From Piromyces finnis finn (Eukaryota > Fungi > Neocallimastigomycota), in NCBI GenBank assembly GCA_002104945.1, contig MCFH01000017.1:558001-622000 (forward strand): a stretch of DNA of 64,000 nucleotides, in the 5' to 3' direction. A program made the translations under genes and the position numbers. Positions 37,682-50,504 of this stretch are shown here, in pieces. Positions within the stretch are counted from its first letter, which is position 1, and the number at the start of each line of letters is the position of its first letter. Under the pieces are notes generated by a model. It worked only from the letters and a program-made list of their open reading frames with translations. It was not told the DNA's origin and searched no databases.

Positions 37682-40600
37682 ATTGAGTCTTTAACTGCTA
37701 CCTTAACTGGGAATATCAATCAGTTAAAGGTTGATATTCAAGCTACCAGAAGGGAAAACGAAAGTCTCAATGATCGTTTGACTGTTTTGGAAAACTCTAC
37801 TCAAGTTATTATGGGTAAGATGGCTACCTTAGAAGTCAACGATGCTAGGAAAGACAATCAACTCGCTGATATCAAAGCTCATATCAGCAAGGCTACTCAA
37901 AGAGTTGATGAGTTGTCTACTCCCGTTACTCCTTCTGCTACTACCCCTCACGAACCTGACGGTGACGTCATCATGGGAGATGCTTCGCCTCCAAACGTCG
38001 CTGAAAAAATGCTTTCTTACTCAGGAGAAAGTATTCAATTACGTAGATTCATCCGTCGATGCGAACATCACTTCCTAAGACACATCAAGTTCTATGGAAA
38101 CAATGAAGCTATGAAAGTAAACTTCATTGAAGATTGTCTTACTGGTGATGCTGCAGATTGGTACGATGTTGAACAAGCAGACTTCCAGGAATCTCATCCG
38201 AATAGAAAGGTTCTTTACGAAGCTTTGAGTAAGAGATTCCTTAACCCGAAGGATATCAACATCACCAAAATCGACCTGATGAAGCTCAGACATAGTTGGG
38301 GAAAAGCTTCCGAATACTTAGGAAAATTCTCCCAATATGTCAAATTAATTGGATGTTCCGAAGACATTCAATTAACCATCATGCTTTTCCAAGTTCGACC
38401 TACCGTGAACCACGCCTTTAGTAAATTAACTTCGGATAGACAGACGTTAGAAGAACTGAAGAATCTTCTAATCAAATATGATGCTTCCAAGGATACTTAT
38501 TACGATGATACTTTGGAAAGACAAGTCAACTACAAGGACAAAGAGCCCTTAATAGCTAATTTATTAGGTATTCATGGCAGTCTTTATTCCAAGAACCCTA
38601 ACAAGACTAACAATCGTAATAACAACCAAAGGAATAACAATAACAACAACCGCCCATCTAACCAAAAAGGAAAAGGCTCCAGTAACTTGGATAGCAAGTC
38701 TAGTACCCAAAATCCCAATAAAAGTACTAAACCTAATAATGGTACTTCATACTCCAGCTATCTCTGTGAAGTAGAAGAGCAAGATATCTTAGAGCTACCA
38801 AATCCTGATCCGGAGAAGTATCCCATCGTGAAGACTAGTGTAAAAACTTCTAAAGGATCTAGACAGATTATCACTTCGTCTCTCTTAGATTCTGGCTCTA
38901 CTACCAATGTAATCCATATGGATTTAGTGAAGAAACTAGGAATTAAGACCATACCAGCTGATACTGTTGTAAAGGTCATGGGAGGTAATGTCCTAATGCA
39001 TTACATCACAGAAGAGTTCAACATTGTAATGAACTTATCTTCTTTAGGAGGAACTCGAGAAGAGGTTCGTCAATACAAACTTCGATGCCACGTAGCTGAT
39101 CAGCTTCCTTCTTCGATTCTCCTAGGTTCTAAGTTCATGAAAACCAACTTCTTCTGTATCTTAACACAACCTGACCATTCCTTTACAGTTAAAATTGGTC
39201 CTGTTCCTTTCTCCAACCATAATGGATCTGAGATTAAATCTCCTAACTTTAGGAATGATTTGAAGAAATCTACACCTCTTCATGAAGTTATGTTTATCAC
39301 AGAACTCGAAGACTCAAATCTGGATAAATCAACTTCCATTCCAACAGAAACAGTCTTCATAGCCGATGATCAGAATCCTGAACTAGTAGAATCTATCAAC
39401 GGTATACCTTTGGAATATGAAGATTTATATGAAGCCTTCAATGAAGAACGAGCCGATGAACTTCCTGAACATCGTGTATATGATTGTTCTATCGATTTGA
39501 AACCTAATGCTTCATTATTTTATGGGCCAATTTATCCAACTACTCCTACTGAACGTCAATTTATTAAGGAGTATATTGAAGAAAACTTGAATAAAGGATT
39601 CATTAGAAAATCCCGATCTCCTGCTGGACATCCAGTTCTACTCCAAGATAAGAAGGATGGTAGTCTCAGATTTTGCGTTGACTATCGCAAGCTCAACGAC
39701 CAAACTATCAAGAATGCCTATCCGCTACCTTTAATCCTATCAGTCTTTGAATCAATGAAAGGTGCTAACTATTTCACTAAGTTAGACCTCAAGTCAGCTT
39801 ATAATTTAATTAGGATTAAAGAAGGTAACGAATACAAGACTGCATTCAGGACGGCATTTGGTCACTTTGAGTACTTAGTCATGCCTTTTGGACTAACTAA
39901 TGCTCCTGCAGTTTTCCAAGCTTTCATTAATGATATCTTTAGTGATCAAATTAATAAGTACGTTCAAGTGTACTTGGATGATATCATTATCTACTCCAAG
40001 ACCCTTGAAGAACATGTTCAACATGTTAGAAATGTTCTTCAATTAATCATTGAAAACAACTTAGTTGCGAAACTCAAAAAATGTGAGTTTCACAAAGCTG
40101 AAATCGAATTTTTGGGTCACGTAATCAGTAAGGAGGGAATCAAAACTGATCCTCACAAAATTGAAGCAGTTAAGAACTGGCCTATCCCCACTACTGTGAA
40201 AGAAGTTCAGTCCTTCTTAGGGTTATGCAATTACTACCGTCGCTTTATCTCTAACTTTTCTAAAATTGCAAAACCATTATACAACTTAACTAAGAAAGGC
40301 GTCACTTTCATATGGACAGACGAGTGTAATAGAGCATTTAATCAACTTAAAGAATTTCTTACTTCAGCTCCAGTTTTACTTTGTCCTGATCACGATAAAC
40401 CATTCATAGTTGAATGTGACGCAAGTGACTTTGCTATCGGGGGAGTACTTTCACAAAAAGGTGATGATGGAGACCTGCATCCAGTTTATTACTTTTCTAA
40501 AACCCTTCATGATGCAGAACTTAATTACTCTATCACCGAAAAGGAACTCTTAGCAATTCGTCAAGCTTTTATCGAATGGCGTCACTTACTTCAAGGTGCA

Positions 40601-42367
40601 AAATATCCTATTACCGTTTATTCAGACCATCGAAACTTGCTTTTTGCTACCAAACCGCAACTTCTATCCCAAAGACAAGCTCGTTGGCAAGAATACTTTG
40701 CTACCTTTGATTTCAAGATTATCTATCGACCAGGAAAGAAAAATGGTAAAGCTGATGCTCTCTCTCGTAGATCCGACCATATGCTCACAGTTGGTAAGGA
40801 TATAAGTGAATCATCCTTACTTAAACCAACTCAATTAGAAGGATTCAACGAAGATGAATGCTACTTCTCTATGGAAACTAGCTTCATTGACGACATTAAG
40901 CAGTGCTACCTTCAAGATGAAACCGCTTGTCAGATTCTTAAGGATCTTGAAGTTCCAAATAGTGATCATCCTTGGATTCTTCAAGATGGCCTTTTAATAA
41001 GAACCAAACATCCGGAGCAAGTATATGTTCCAAGTCAACTAAGACTCTTAGTTATTAAGCTCAACCATGATGCACCCACTGCCGGTCACTTGGGAGTCGA
41101 TAAGACTTATGACATTCTTAAACGTAATTTCTATTGGGTTAATATGCGTCAAGATGTCGAGTCTTATATTCGAAGCTGTAGTGTATGCAAGGCAATGAAA
41201 ACCGATCACCATGCTCCTTATGGTAATATGATCCGTGTCCCTCTTCCGGAACTTCCATGGCAACACCTACAAATGGACTTTATCACGGACTTACCATCAA
41301 GACCTTGTAATTCTACCTTACCATTCGACTCTACCAATCCGAACCACCATCAAGGTACCATAATGGTTACTACTTGCTACTTAACTAAGATGATACACTT
41401 AGTTGGGTTCAAACATTTACCCACTGCTAAGGAAACTGCTACTGCTTTTCTTAACCATATTTTCAAACTTCACGGATTCCCCTTATCTATTGTTACAGAC
41501 CGTGGTACTCAGTTCGAAAGTCGTCTTTGGTCCCACTTGATGGAATTCTTTAATATCGATCACCACTCTGCTACTACTGGCCATCACCGCACTGTTGGAC
41601 AAGTAGAACGTAACAACGACTACGTTGAAACTTATCTTCGTTGCTACTTAGCTCAATTTGATGATCTCAGTTGGATGGATCATTTGTACTTAGCTGAATT
41701 TTGCTACAACAATTCCATCCATGCTTCCACCAAACAACCACCATTTCTCTCTGTTTATAATTATCAAGTTCACGCAAACCCACAAGTTGCAGACCTTGTT
41801 TCTTCTTTAGGACTTCATCCCCTCATCGATAGCTTCTCCCATAACTTAGCTGACCTTAAGCATACTCTCGAAGTCAGTCGTACCCGTTATCTCGATTAAA
41901 AGGATAAGCACCTTTATCACAACTTTAAGCGCTTCAAGGTCCACGATCTTGTTTGGCTTCGCAAACCCGCTAATTATCATCCTCCATTAGCGTTCAAGCT
42001 CCAATCCCGCAAGTATGGTCCATACAAGGTCACTGGTGTCGATGAATCTAAGCTCAACTACCGCCTTGATTTATCTACCTCACCTTTCCCTCGTGTCTAC
42101 CCCGTATTCCACATCAGTGAACTCGAACCATATCATCCCACTCCTCACCATCTATTGCTCAACCATCCCAACTCCAATGAAATCACCAAGATCCTTAGTT
42201 CTCGTAAATCGGGTCATTTTTACGAGTACTTAGTCACTTTTACTGACTTATCTCAACGTTGGATCAATGCTGACACCATTGATAAGGATGACTACTACAG
42301 CACCCTTTTAGCTGATTACCAACGTCGCGCTTACCAACAATTCACCAATTCCGTCCCAGATTCTTAA
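37682..42367 (+). pseudogene. E1 gag-pol remainder (gag without CCHC, protease, RT, RNase H, integrase, GPY motif, atypical chromodomain); one in-frame stop at 41897
   Basis: ORF 37778-41899 and ORF 42155-42367 are in the same frame; LLDSGS, QVYLDD, ECDAS, VTDRGTQF, KYGPYKV. Confidence 0.92.
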
Positions 42368-44856
42368 TCTGGACCCCACTTATTAGTATCCCACCTACTA
42401 GTGTCTACCACCCTTACTCCTTCACTACCCACCTATCGCCACTACCCCACCTACTACCCATAACTCCGCTACCCACTAGTCGCCACCACTACAACTACCA
42501 ACCACTATTCCGCTACCCAACCACCCTCTTTCGCCTTTGCCCTCAACCCTCAAATTTCGCAACCTTTTCCGCACCCCAAAATCCGCTTCCCCTCGAGTCA
42601 TATCATTTCCCTAACCTTCACGTGTAGTCTCCATTTCTGAAGAATCCACGTGATACCCTCTCAACTTTTCTTGAGCACTTTTACACTTCACTTTTTCAAC
42701 ACTTAGAAAAATTTTGAGAATTTTCAAAAAATGGAAATTCTCAATTTTTGAAAAAAAATCTAAGTGTCGTGGAAGTGTCCATGTCCAAATTATTATGACG
42801 TGCCAGTGTCCATAATTTTTTGGGTCGTCCGGCGAAACGACCCTTAGGACGGGCAGTGTCACAATAACATATATAAAAATTTAAAAAATTTGGACACATG
42901 GAAAAAATTAAAAATTTTTTTTAAAATTTGAAAATTTGAAAATTTGAAAAAATTTATTTTTTAAATTTTTATTAAAAAATTTCAAAGTATAAAATTTCTA
43001 ATATTTGAAATTATTAAATTTTTTAAAATTATTAAAATTTTATTATTAAAAATTTTAATTTAAATTTATTAACTATTTACAATAATTATATTAATTATTA
43101 ATTTATAAAAATTAAATATTTTATAATTAGATAATAATTAATTAAAATTAAAAAATGTAATAATTAAAATTGTTCATGTATAAAAAGAACAAAAATTGAC
43201 AAAAATTACGAAGCTTTAGCGTTAGTAATTTTTTAACCTAAAGTTAATAAAATTTATAAACTCCTATAAAACCTAAAACTTTAAAAATTTTAATATTTTT
43301 AATAACTTAATATATGCTGATATTAAGTTATTGCTAAAATAAAAATATTATTTAAATTTCTTTATATAAATATTATTAGCTTTACGCCTTCAATAGGAAA
43401 GCGTATTATATTTATTAATTAATATAACTAGTGTGCTTACCACACTTTTCTTTAATAAAAAATCGCTTTTTGACATTTTTGATGATATAAATTGGAATTA
43501 ATAAATATGAAATTATAATCTTGATATAAACTAACCCTCAAAACAACTTAAAAATAAATAATAAATAATAATAATATTTAAATGTTTAATTAAAAGTATA
43601 AAAATTATTTATTAAAACTCAGTTTAAATTATATTTTTGTTATAAAATAAACATAGTATAAATAACATTTTAAATAGTAAAATAGTGTTATATTAATTAA
43701 ATTAATTACTTTAAAATAAATTGTTTCTTTTATTTATTATTCATTATTATTTTAAAACATATTAATATTTTATTTTAAAAAAGTTAAAACAGAAAGAAAA
43801 TTATAAATACATGTAATTATTTCCTAATTTAAAAATCAATCCATACTTTTAATAAATGTATTAAATAAAGAGTTGATTCAAAAATATATTTTAAAATTGT
43901 GTTTTTAAAACATAACTTTTATATTTTGTTAATAATCGTTATGTCGAATTAAAATATTTCAAATAACTTTATAATAAAAATTTATTTTAAATTTTTTTTT
44001 TATATAAATTGATAAGAATATTATCACTTTTATAATTATTTAATTATAAATTAAGATAATAATAAAAACACTTATCAAATTTGGTGGAGAATCCTTTAAA
44101 GGCCGGTGAAGCTAAGTATTAATATTTACTTCATATATTTATATATATATAAAACAAAAAAAAAAAAAAAAAATATGTTATTGAATAAAATAAATATTAA
44201 TAGTGAATAATAATATTTAATAACAATTATAATAAAACATATGAAATTATATAAATACATTTACATAAAGTGATTTATATACATCAATCGAGCAATTGAA
44301 ATATAAAATATACAAATAATAATAAATAATATTTTAAATATATAAATTGTTATGTGACTTGATATGATAATTAAATTAAAATTAACAATAAAATAAATTA
44401 TATTATGTAAGATATATTAAAGTAATAGAAATATAAAAAATATAAATATATATATATATATATAAATTGAAATTATATAATCATAAATAAAATAGTTAAA
44501 ACACTAGTAAATAACATATCACAAATAATTATATTACTAAACATTGAATAATAATAATAATAAATATAAAAGGATAAATAATAAATAGCAAATAATTAAT
44601 GATTAATAATTAGTAATAATTAATAATAATTAGTAATAATATTGAAAATACAAATATTTGACGATCATATTCTAAGATAATAATAATAAATTATAATAAA
44701 AATTTATCATTTAATAATAGTATAGACAATAATTATTATCAATAATATCAACAATAATTAATTAATAAACAAAAATAAGAAATAATAATAATTAATAAAA
44801 TAGGAAATTATTTAAATATAAAATATATAAGAAATAACATAATAATAGTACAGAAA

Positions 44857-46005
44857 ATGGACAACCAGACAAAAATTATTACTTTCAATAGATTACCTAT
44901 ATTAGGTGAATCAAATATATCTTTTGACTCATGGAAATTCTCCTTTGACCATTGGTGTTCTACATTCAAAATCATTGAAGAAGCAGAAAAAATTGATTAT
45001 TTACTAGCAATAACTGCGAATGTGGCCAGAACAATTGTATATAATTCCTTAAACAAAAGCAGTCCAGATAACTATGAGACAATTTTAAATAATCTCAGTA
45101 AACATTACAAGAAAACATCCTCCAAGAATTCAAAAATCTTAGAACTCTCTTCTATTACAATAAAAAAAGATGAAAGTATCTCTGAATTTGATTTAAGATT
45201 CACGGAATTATTAAATCAAATAAATAAAACCGTCACATTATCAGAATTAATTATAACGTCTTATTATATTAATGCTTTCAGGAACTGGGAAAAAATATAT
45301 GAAAATCTTATGGAAGAAGAACCAACAACCCTAGAAGACGCCATGAAGATAACTTCGAAGAAAGAGAAGATAATGAACCTAATGAAAGAAAATAAAGGAA
45401 AGGCAATACCCTCTGGAACAAACAAAGAAAAATTCAATAAATTAAATAAGTTTAGCAAATTTCAAGAAAATACAGATCATAGTGAAATTATGTACAACAC
45501 AAAGAATAAAACTAGTACATCTTATTTACTACCAAATACAAGTGACAACAATGATAGAATTAAGAAGATGTACAATAATAATCACAACATATATAGAAAT
45601 TATAATAATAGTAACAGATATGTCTCTAACTTCAATAATCCAAATAATAATCCAAATTACAGAATTTATAATAATGTACCAAATTATGATTATCCTAACA
45701 ATAAAAACGGTTATAATAAATATTATCAAAATAACAACAACAATGATAATTTAAATAATAATTACAATAATAAGATAATTAATAATGAACAAAGAAGTAA
45801 TTATTATAATAGAAATCAATTCAATAACAGAATGGAAGAAAGAAGAAATATACTTAAAAATAATGCTGACAACAACGACGAAATTCAAGAGTTAACGCAA
45901 AAATTGTCAGAACTTAAGATAAACTTCTGTGCAAATTGCTTACGTATTGGTCATCAAGACTTCGAATGTCCTGAAAGTTATGATGAAGAAAATTATTTAA
46001 ACTAA
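44857..46005 (+). CDS. E2 gag (382 aa, C-terminal CCHC)
   Basis: CANCLRIGHQDFEC; position between PBS and pol. Confidence 0.92.
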   Translation: MDNQTKIITFNRLPILGESNISFDSWKFSFDHWCSTFKIIEEAEKIDYLLAITANVARTIVYNSLNKSSPDNYETILNNLSKHYKKTSSKNSKILELSSITIKKDESISEFDLRFTELLNQINKTVTLSELIITSYYINAFRNWEKIYENLMEEEPTTLEDAMKITSKKEKIMNLMKENKGKAIPSGTNKEKFNKLNKFSKFQENTDHSEIMYNTKNKTSTSYLLPNTSDNNDRIKKMYNNNHNIYRNYNNSNRYVSNFNNPNNNPNYRIYNNVPNYDYPNNKNGYNKYYQNNNNNDNLNNNYNNKIINNEQRSNYYNRNQFNNRMEERRNILKNNADNNDEIQELTQKLSELKINFCANCLRIGHQDFECPESYDEENYLN

Positions 46006-46046
46006 TTGATGGGAGTATGCAATCTCCCTATATAAACAAAATTGCA
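45996..46046 (+). promoter_or_regulatory. -1 programmed frameshift: T TTA AAC plus predicted H-type pseudoknot
   Basis: Heptamer is in gag phase; the -1 frame is open into pol; S1 = 46011-15/46024-28, S2 = 46018-23/46041-46. Confidence 0.85.
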
Positions 46047-49000
46047 CGTCCAAATCAAAATCTAAATACAATAAATGTGCTTCACAAAAATAAAAACACA
46101 TCTATTAAACTATTAGATAAAAATAAAATAAATAATACCAATAAATCAATAATAAAACCTTCCATTTTGAACCAACCAAAAATTAATATATTAAAGCAAA
46201 AGAAGAAAGAAATCAGAGATAGAAGAAGAAGAATAATGGATATCGACTCAGAAGAAGAAAGTGAATATAATTGTAACGAAATATTATACAATAATGATAA
46301 CCAAAATGAAATAAGCTATGTTGAAGAAAGCAGAAAAGAAAATGACAACAAAAATAATAAAAGTAACACAACTAATGAAAATAAAATAAATGAGGAAAAC
46401 AATAAAAATAATGGAGGCAATAAAGGAAACATTAATAGAAAGGAGGAAAATAATGAAGATGATGGAAATACAAAGATTAATAAAATAGAAGAAACTTCAA
46501 AAACTCTTAAGCAAAAAGAAACTATTATGGAAACACCAAATAATATAGAAAATAATAGTAAAAAAATGATAACTAAGAGGAATATGACAGAAATCCAAAT
46601 GCTTAATAAAAATCAAAAGTTCAATATATTAAAGGAAGCTGATAACCTATTTCCAAAAATAAGTTTATCACAATTATTAGCAGCCAGCCCAGCAATTAGA
46701 AAAGAATTAGAAATAGGACTAAAACCAAGAGTAGAAAGAATTATTTGCAATATCACCAACACTAATATTCCAATAATTATAGGGGAAATCAATAACGTAC
46801 CATTTAAAATATTATTTGACACTGGTGCTAATGTAAACATTATTACAAAAGAAGGATTAAGTAAAATTAAAAATATAAACATCTGTAGTACAGAAGAAGA
46901 ATTAACAATAAAACTAGCGGATGGAACTATAATCTTTACGAATAAATATATACCATTAAAAATAAGTATAGATAATAATTTAAATATTAAAGAGAATTTT
47001 TATATTATTGATTATTATAATACCTTTTATGAAATAATCATTGGAAGAACAATTCAAAAGAAATATAGATTATTAATAGACCCTGATGATGATGCAATCT
47101 ATAAAAAGAGCGAAGAAGGTTTAATAAAGATAACAAATATAATAAATAATAGACAAAATACACCACTATTAAACTCGGTTATAGTAACGAAAGAAGAAGA
47201 AAAAGAATTTCAACAAACCATAGAAGAAATAATTGAAAATGTACCTAACCCAGTACGGAAAGAATTCAAAGAACTTATCATAAACAATCAAAAGTGTATG
47301 GCTACTTCATTATCACAATTAACAACCGCAAAATTGGAACCACATACTATTATCACCACTTCGAACAAACCTATAAAATTAAAGCCATACAAACTTTCGA
47401 AAGATCATTCAGATATATTAAAAAAGGAAATAATATCTTTATTAGACAAAGGATTGATTGAGCCATCGCACTCGCCATGGTCATTTCCAGTTCTACTAGT
47501 TAAGAAAAAGAATGGAAAATGGAGAATGTGCATAGATTACAGGAAACTAAACAACATTACCATAAAAGATTCCTATGCACTCCCATTTATAGATGAACTT
47601 GTCTCTTCAGTAAAAGGTGCGAAAATATTCTCTGCATTAGATCTATTTTCAGGGTATCATCAAATACCTATGAATAAGGAAGACATCGAGAAAACAGCCT
47701 TCACAACTAAATTCGGGAACTACAATTTCTTAGTGATGCCCTTTGGTCTAACCAATGCACCGGCATCATTCCAAAGAGAAATGAACAGAATACTTTTGCC
47801 CTTAATTGGCAAATGTTTATTTGTTTATATTGATGATATAGTAATATATTCCAAAAATCTAAAAGAACACATTTGTCATTTAAAACAGGTATTCGAAATA
47901 TTTTCTACATATAATTTATCTATTAACCTTCAAAAGTGTCATTTTTTTAAAGATAAAGTAGAAGTATTAGGTCATGTATTAACTTCAGAAGGTTTGAAAA
48001 CATCGCCATCCAAAGTCCAAAGTATTGCCCTATGGGAAAAACCAAGAAACATCTCAGAACTTAGATCCTTCTTAGGTATTGTTAGCTACTATAGAAAATT
48101 CATTAAAAACTTTTCAATAAGAGCCAGTCCTCTATTTAAACTCCTCAAGAAAAATGTAGATTACATATGGACAGAAGAATGTAACAACGCATTTGAAGAT
48201 TTAAGACACTGCCTATTAGTGGATCCTATTTTAATTTATCCAGATTTCAATAAACATTTTATAGTCAGAACAGACGCTTCAACTAAAGGTATCGGGGGTG
48301 TTCTTTTGCAAATGGAGGAAGATAAATTGGAACATCCAATTTATTGTGTAAGCAGGTCTTTAAAGCCATGTGAAGAAAATTATTCAGTAACAGAATTAGA
48401 AGGTTTAGCTTTAATTTACTGTTTAAAAAAGTTTAGTCCATACATTATTAGTAATAAAAATGAAACCATTTTCATCACTGACCACAAACCATTAATTGGA
48501 TTTTTCAACAAAAATGTACCAACTAAAGGAAGAATTGCAAGATGGATAGAAGAAATAAATAAATACAATATTTCAATAAAATACGAAAAAGGAAAAAGAA
48601 ATGTATTTGCAGATGTCTTATCAAGACTACCATCAAAAGGAAATGAAGGTATTATAAATAGTATCAACGCTATCTTGAATGACATTAATCCAAAAGATTT
48701 AGATATCCCAGAAGGTATAATTAAATATTTTAATAAAAATTATAAAGTTTTAGACAATACATTATATTTTGTAAAAGACGATAAGTTTTTGAAAGTTATA
48801 CAGAATGAGAGTGATAAAAAAGATATTATAAACAGAGCACACAACATAGGACATGAAGGTTCAGATAAAACTACTAGAAGAATTATGGATTCGTATTATT
48901 GGCCTGGAATATGGAACGATGTAAAAATGTGGATAAAATCATGCAGGAAATGTCAACTCTTCAGACCAAAACCACAACCAAAATATACAGAAGACCATAT

Positions 49001-49892
49001 CACACCAGTGGAAAAACCATTTACAAGAGTTGGACTAGATATAATCGGTCCACTTCCAACTACCAGATCAGGTAATAGTTACATAATAACTTTAGTAGAT
49101 TATTTCACAAAATGGCCTGAAGCCAAAGCAATCCCAAATACTAAATCAGAAGAAATTATTAAATTTTTAACAGAAGTAATATCTCGACATGGTCCACCAG
49201 AATTAATAATAACTGATAATGGAAGTTCTTTTATTTCGGACGTAACTAAGATGATGATAGATTTATACGGATCATGGGTGCACTATGTATCACCACATCA
49301 CCCACCTTCAAATGGAATGATAGAAAATCGCAATCGGGAAATAGGTAAGATATTAAGAATGTTAATAGAAGATGAACAGGATTGGGATGAGTGCCTACCA
49401 TCAGTATTATGGGCACTAAGAACCACAAAAAGCACTAAAACAAAGTTTAGTAGCTTCGAATTATTATATGGAAGACGAGATACGTGGCCTATGGAAATTA
49501 TGTTTCCAGACTTATATAAAGAACCACAAGAAACTGAAGAAGAGTACAATTATAGAAGATTTTTAAGACACTACAAATGGGTAAAAGAAGCAATGGAATA
49601 CTCTGATTACGCAAATAAATACTGGGAACATCGAATTGGATTTTCCAAAGCACTTAAAAAGAAATATAAAGAAGGAGATTACGTAATGATAAAATTAATC
49701 AATAGAACTAAACTGCAACCCTATTTTTATGGACCATTCAAAGTTGTAAAGAAACCACAATACAATACTGTCGTTTTAGAAGACCCACAAACCGGAAAAC
49801 TATTAGCAAGAAACGTTCATATCAAAAACATCTATCCCTACACAATAAGAGAGGAATCTTTAGGAACTTCAAGGGACGAAGTTCATTCTTAA
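45996..49892 (+). CDS. E2 pol (protease, RT, RNase H, integrase), expressed via -1 frameshift
   Basis: LFDTGA, FVYIDD, RTDAS, HHCC, GLDIIGP/ITDNG/E, GPF; uninterrupted. Confidence 0.95.
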   Translation, partial: FKLIDGSMQSPYINKIARPNQNLNTINVLHKNKNTSIKLLDKNKINNTNKSIIKPSILNQPKINILKQKKKEIRDRRRRIMDIDSEEESEYNCNEILYNNDNQNEISYVEESRKENDNKNNKSNTTNENKINEENNKNNGGNKGNINRKEENNEDDGNTKINKIEETSKTLKQKETIMETPNNIENNSKKMITKRNMTEIQMLNKNQKFNILKEADNLFPKISLSQLLAASPAIRKELEIGLKPRVERIICNITNTNIPIIIGEINNVPFKILFDTGANVNIITKEGLSKIKNINICSTEEELTIKLADGTIIFTNKYIPLKISIDNNLNIKENFYIIDYYNTFYEIIIGRTIQKKYRLLIDPDDDAIYKKSEEGLIKITNIINNRQNTPLLNSVIVTKEEEKEFQQTIEEIIENVPNPVRKEFKELIINNQKCMATSLSQLTTAKLEPHTIITTSNKPIKLKPYKLSKDHSDILKKEIISLLDKGLIEPSHSPWSFPVLLVKKKNGKWRMCIDYRKLNNITIKDSYALPFIDELVSSVKGAKIFSALDLFSGYHQIPMNKEDIEKTAFTTKFGNYNFLVMPFGLTNAPASFQREMNRILLPLIGKCLFVYIDDIVIYSKNLKEHICHLKQVFEIFSTYNLSINLQKCHFFKDKVEVLGHVLTSEGLKTSPSKVQSIALWEKPRNISELRSFLGIVSYYRKFIKNFSIRASPLFKLLKKNVDYIWTEECNNAFEDLRHCLLVDPILIYPDFNKHFIVRTDASTKGIGGVLLQMEEDKLEHPIYCVSRSLKPCEENYSVTELEGLALIYCLKKFSPYIISNKNETIFITDHKPLIGFFNKNVPTKGRIARWIEEINKYNISIKYEKGKRNVFADVLSRLPSKGNEGIINSINAILNDINPKDLDIPEGIIKYFNKNYKVLDNTLYFVKDDKFLKVIQNESDKKDIINRAHNIGHEGSDKTTRRIMDSYYWPGIWNDVKMWIKSCRKCQLFRPKPQPKYTEDHITPVEKPFTRVGLDIIGPLPTTRSGNSYIITLVDYFTKWPEAKAIPNTKSEEIIKFLTEVISRHGPPELIITDNGSSFISDVTKMMIDLYGSWVHYVSPHHPPSNGMIENRNREIGKILRMLIEDEQDWDECLPSVLWALRTTKSTKTKFSSFELLYGRRDTWPMEIMFPDLYKEPQETEEEYNYRRFLRHYKWVKEAMEYSDYANKYWEHRIGFSKALKKKYKEGDYVMIKLINRTKLQPYFYGPFKVVKKPQYNTVVLEDPQTGKLLARNVHIKNIYPYTIREESLGTSRDEVHS

Positions 49893-50504
49893 AGAAGGGA
49901 GAAATTGATATAAATTGGAATTAATAAATATGAAATTATAATCTTGATATAAACTAACCCTCAAAACAACTTAAAAATAAATAATAAATAATAATAATAT
50001 TTAAATGTTTAATTAAAAGTATAAAAATTATTTATTAAAACTCAGTTTAAATTATATTTTTGTTATAAAATAAACATAGTATAAATAACATTTTAAATAG
50101 TAAAATAGTGTTATATTAATTAAATTAATTACTTTAAAATAAATTGTTTCTTTTATTTATTATTCATTATTATTTTAAAACATATTAATATTTTATTTTA
50201 AAAAAGTTAAAACAGAAAGAAAATTATAAATACATGTAATTATTTCCTAATTTAAAAATCAATCCATACTTTTAATAAATGTATTAAATAAAGAGTTGAT
50301 TCAAAAATATATTTTAAAATTGTGTTTTTAAAACATAACTTTTATATTTTGTTAATAATCGTTATGTCGAATTAAAATATTTCAAATAACTTTATAATAA
50401 AAATTTATTTTAAATTTTTTTTTTATATAAATTGATAAGAATATTATCACTTTTATAATTATTTAATTATAAATTAAGATAATAATAAAAACACTTATCA
50501 TTGA

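Larger units (their letters stand above)
29501..43475 (+). mobile_element. Full-length chromodomain Ty3/Gypsy E1 (LTR1 family) with two nested insertions
   Basis: 619-bp LTRs (29501-29552 plus 30702-31268; 42857-43475); TSD TTTTT; PPT AGGACGGGCAG at 42846-42856. Confidence 0.95.
43483..50500 (+). mobile_element. Intact Ty3/Gypsy E2 (no chromodomain)
   Basis: 595-bp LTRs (43483-44077, 49906-50500) that look identical; 4-bp TSD TTGA; PBS TGGTGGAGAATCC at 44082-44094 (tRNA-Ala-type 3' end); PPT 49891-49904. Confidence 0.97.

Noticed and set aside
42611-42862. 83-aa antisense ORF in the E1 3' UTR as an env-like or accessory gene
   Set aside because: It begins across the LTR/PPT boundary, is short and has no recognisable features.
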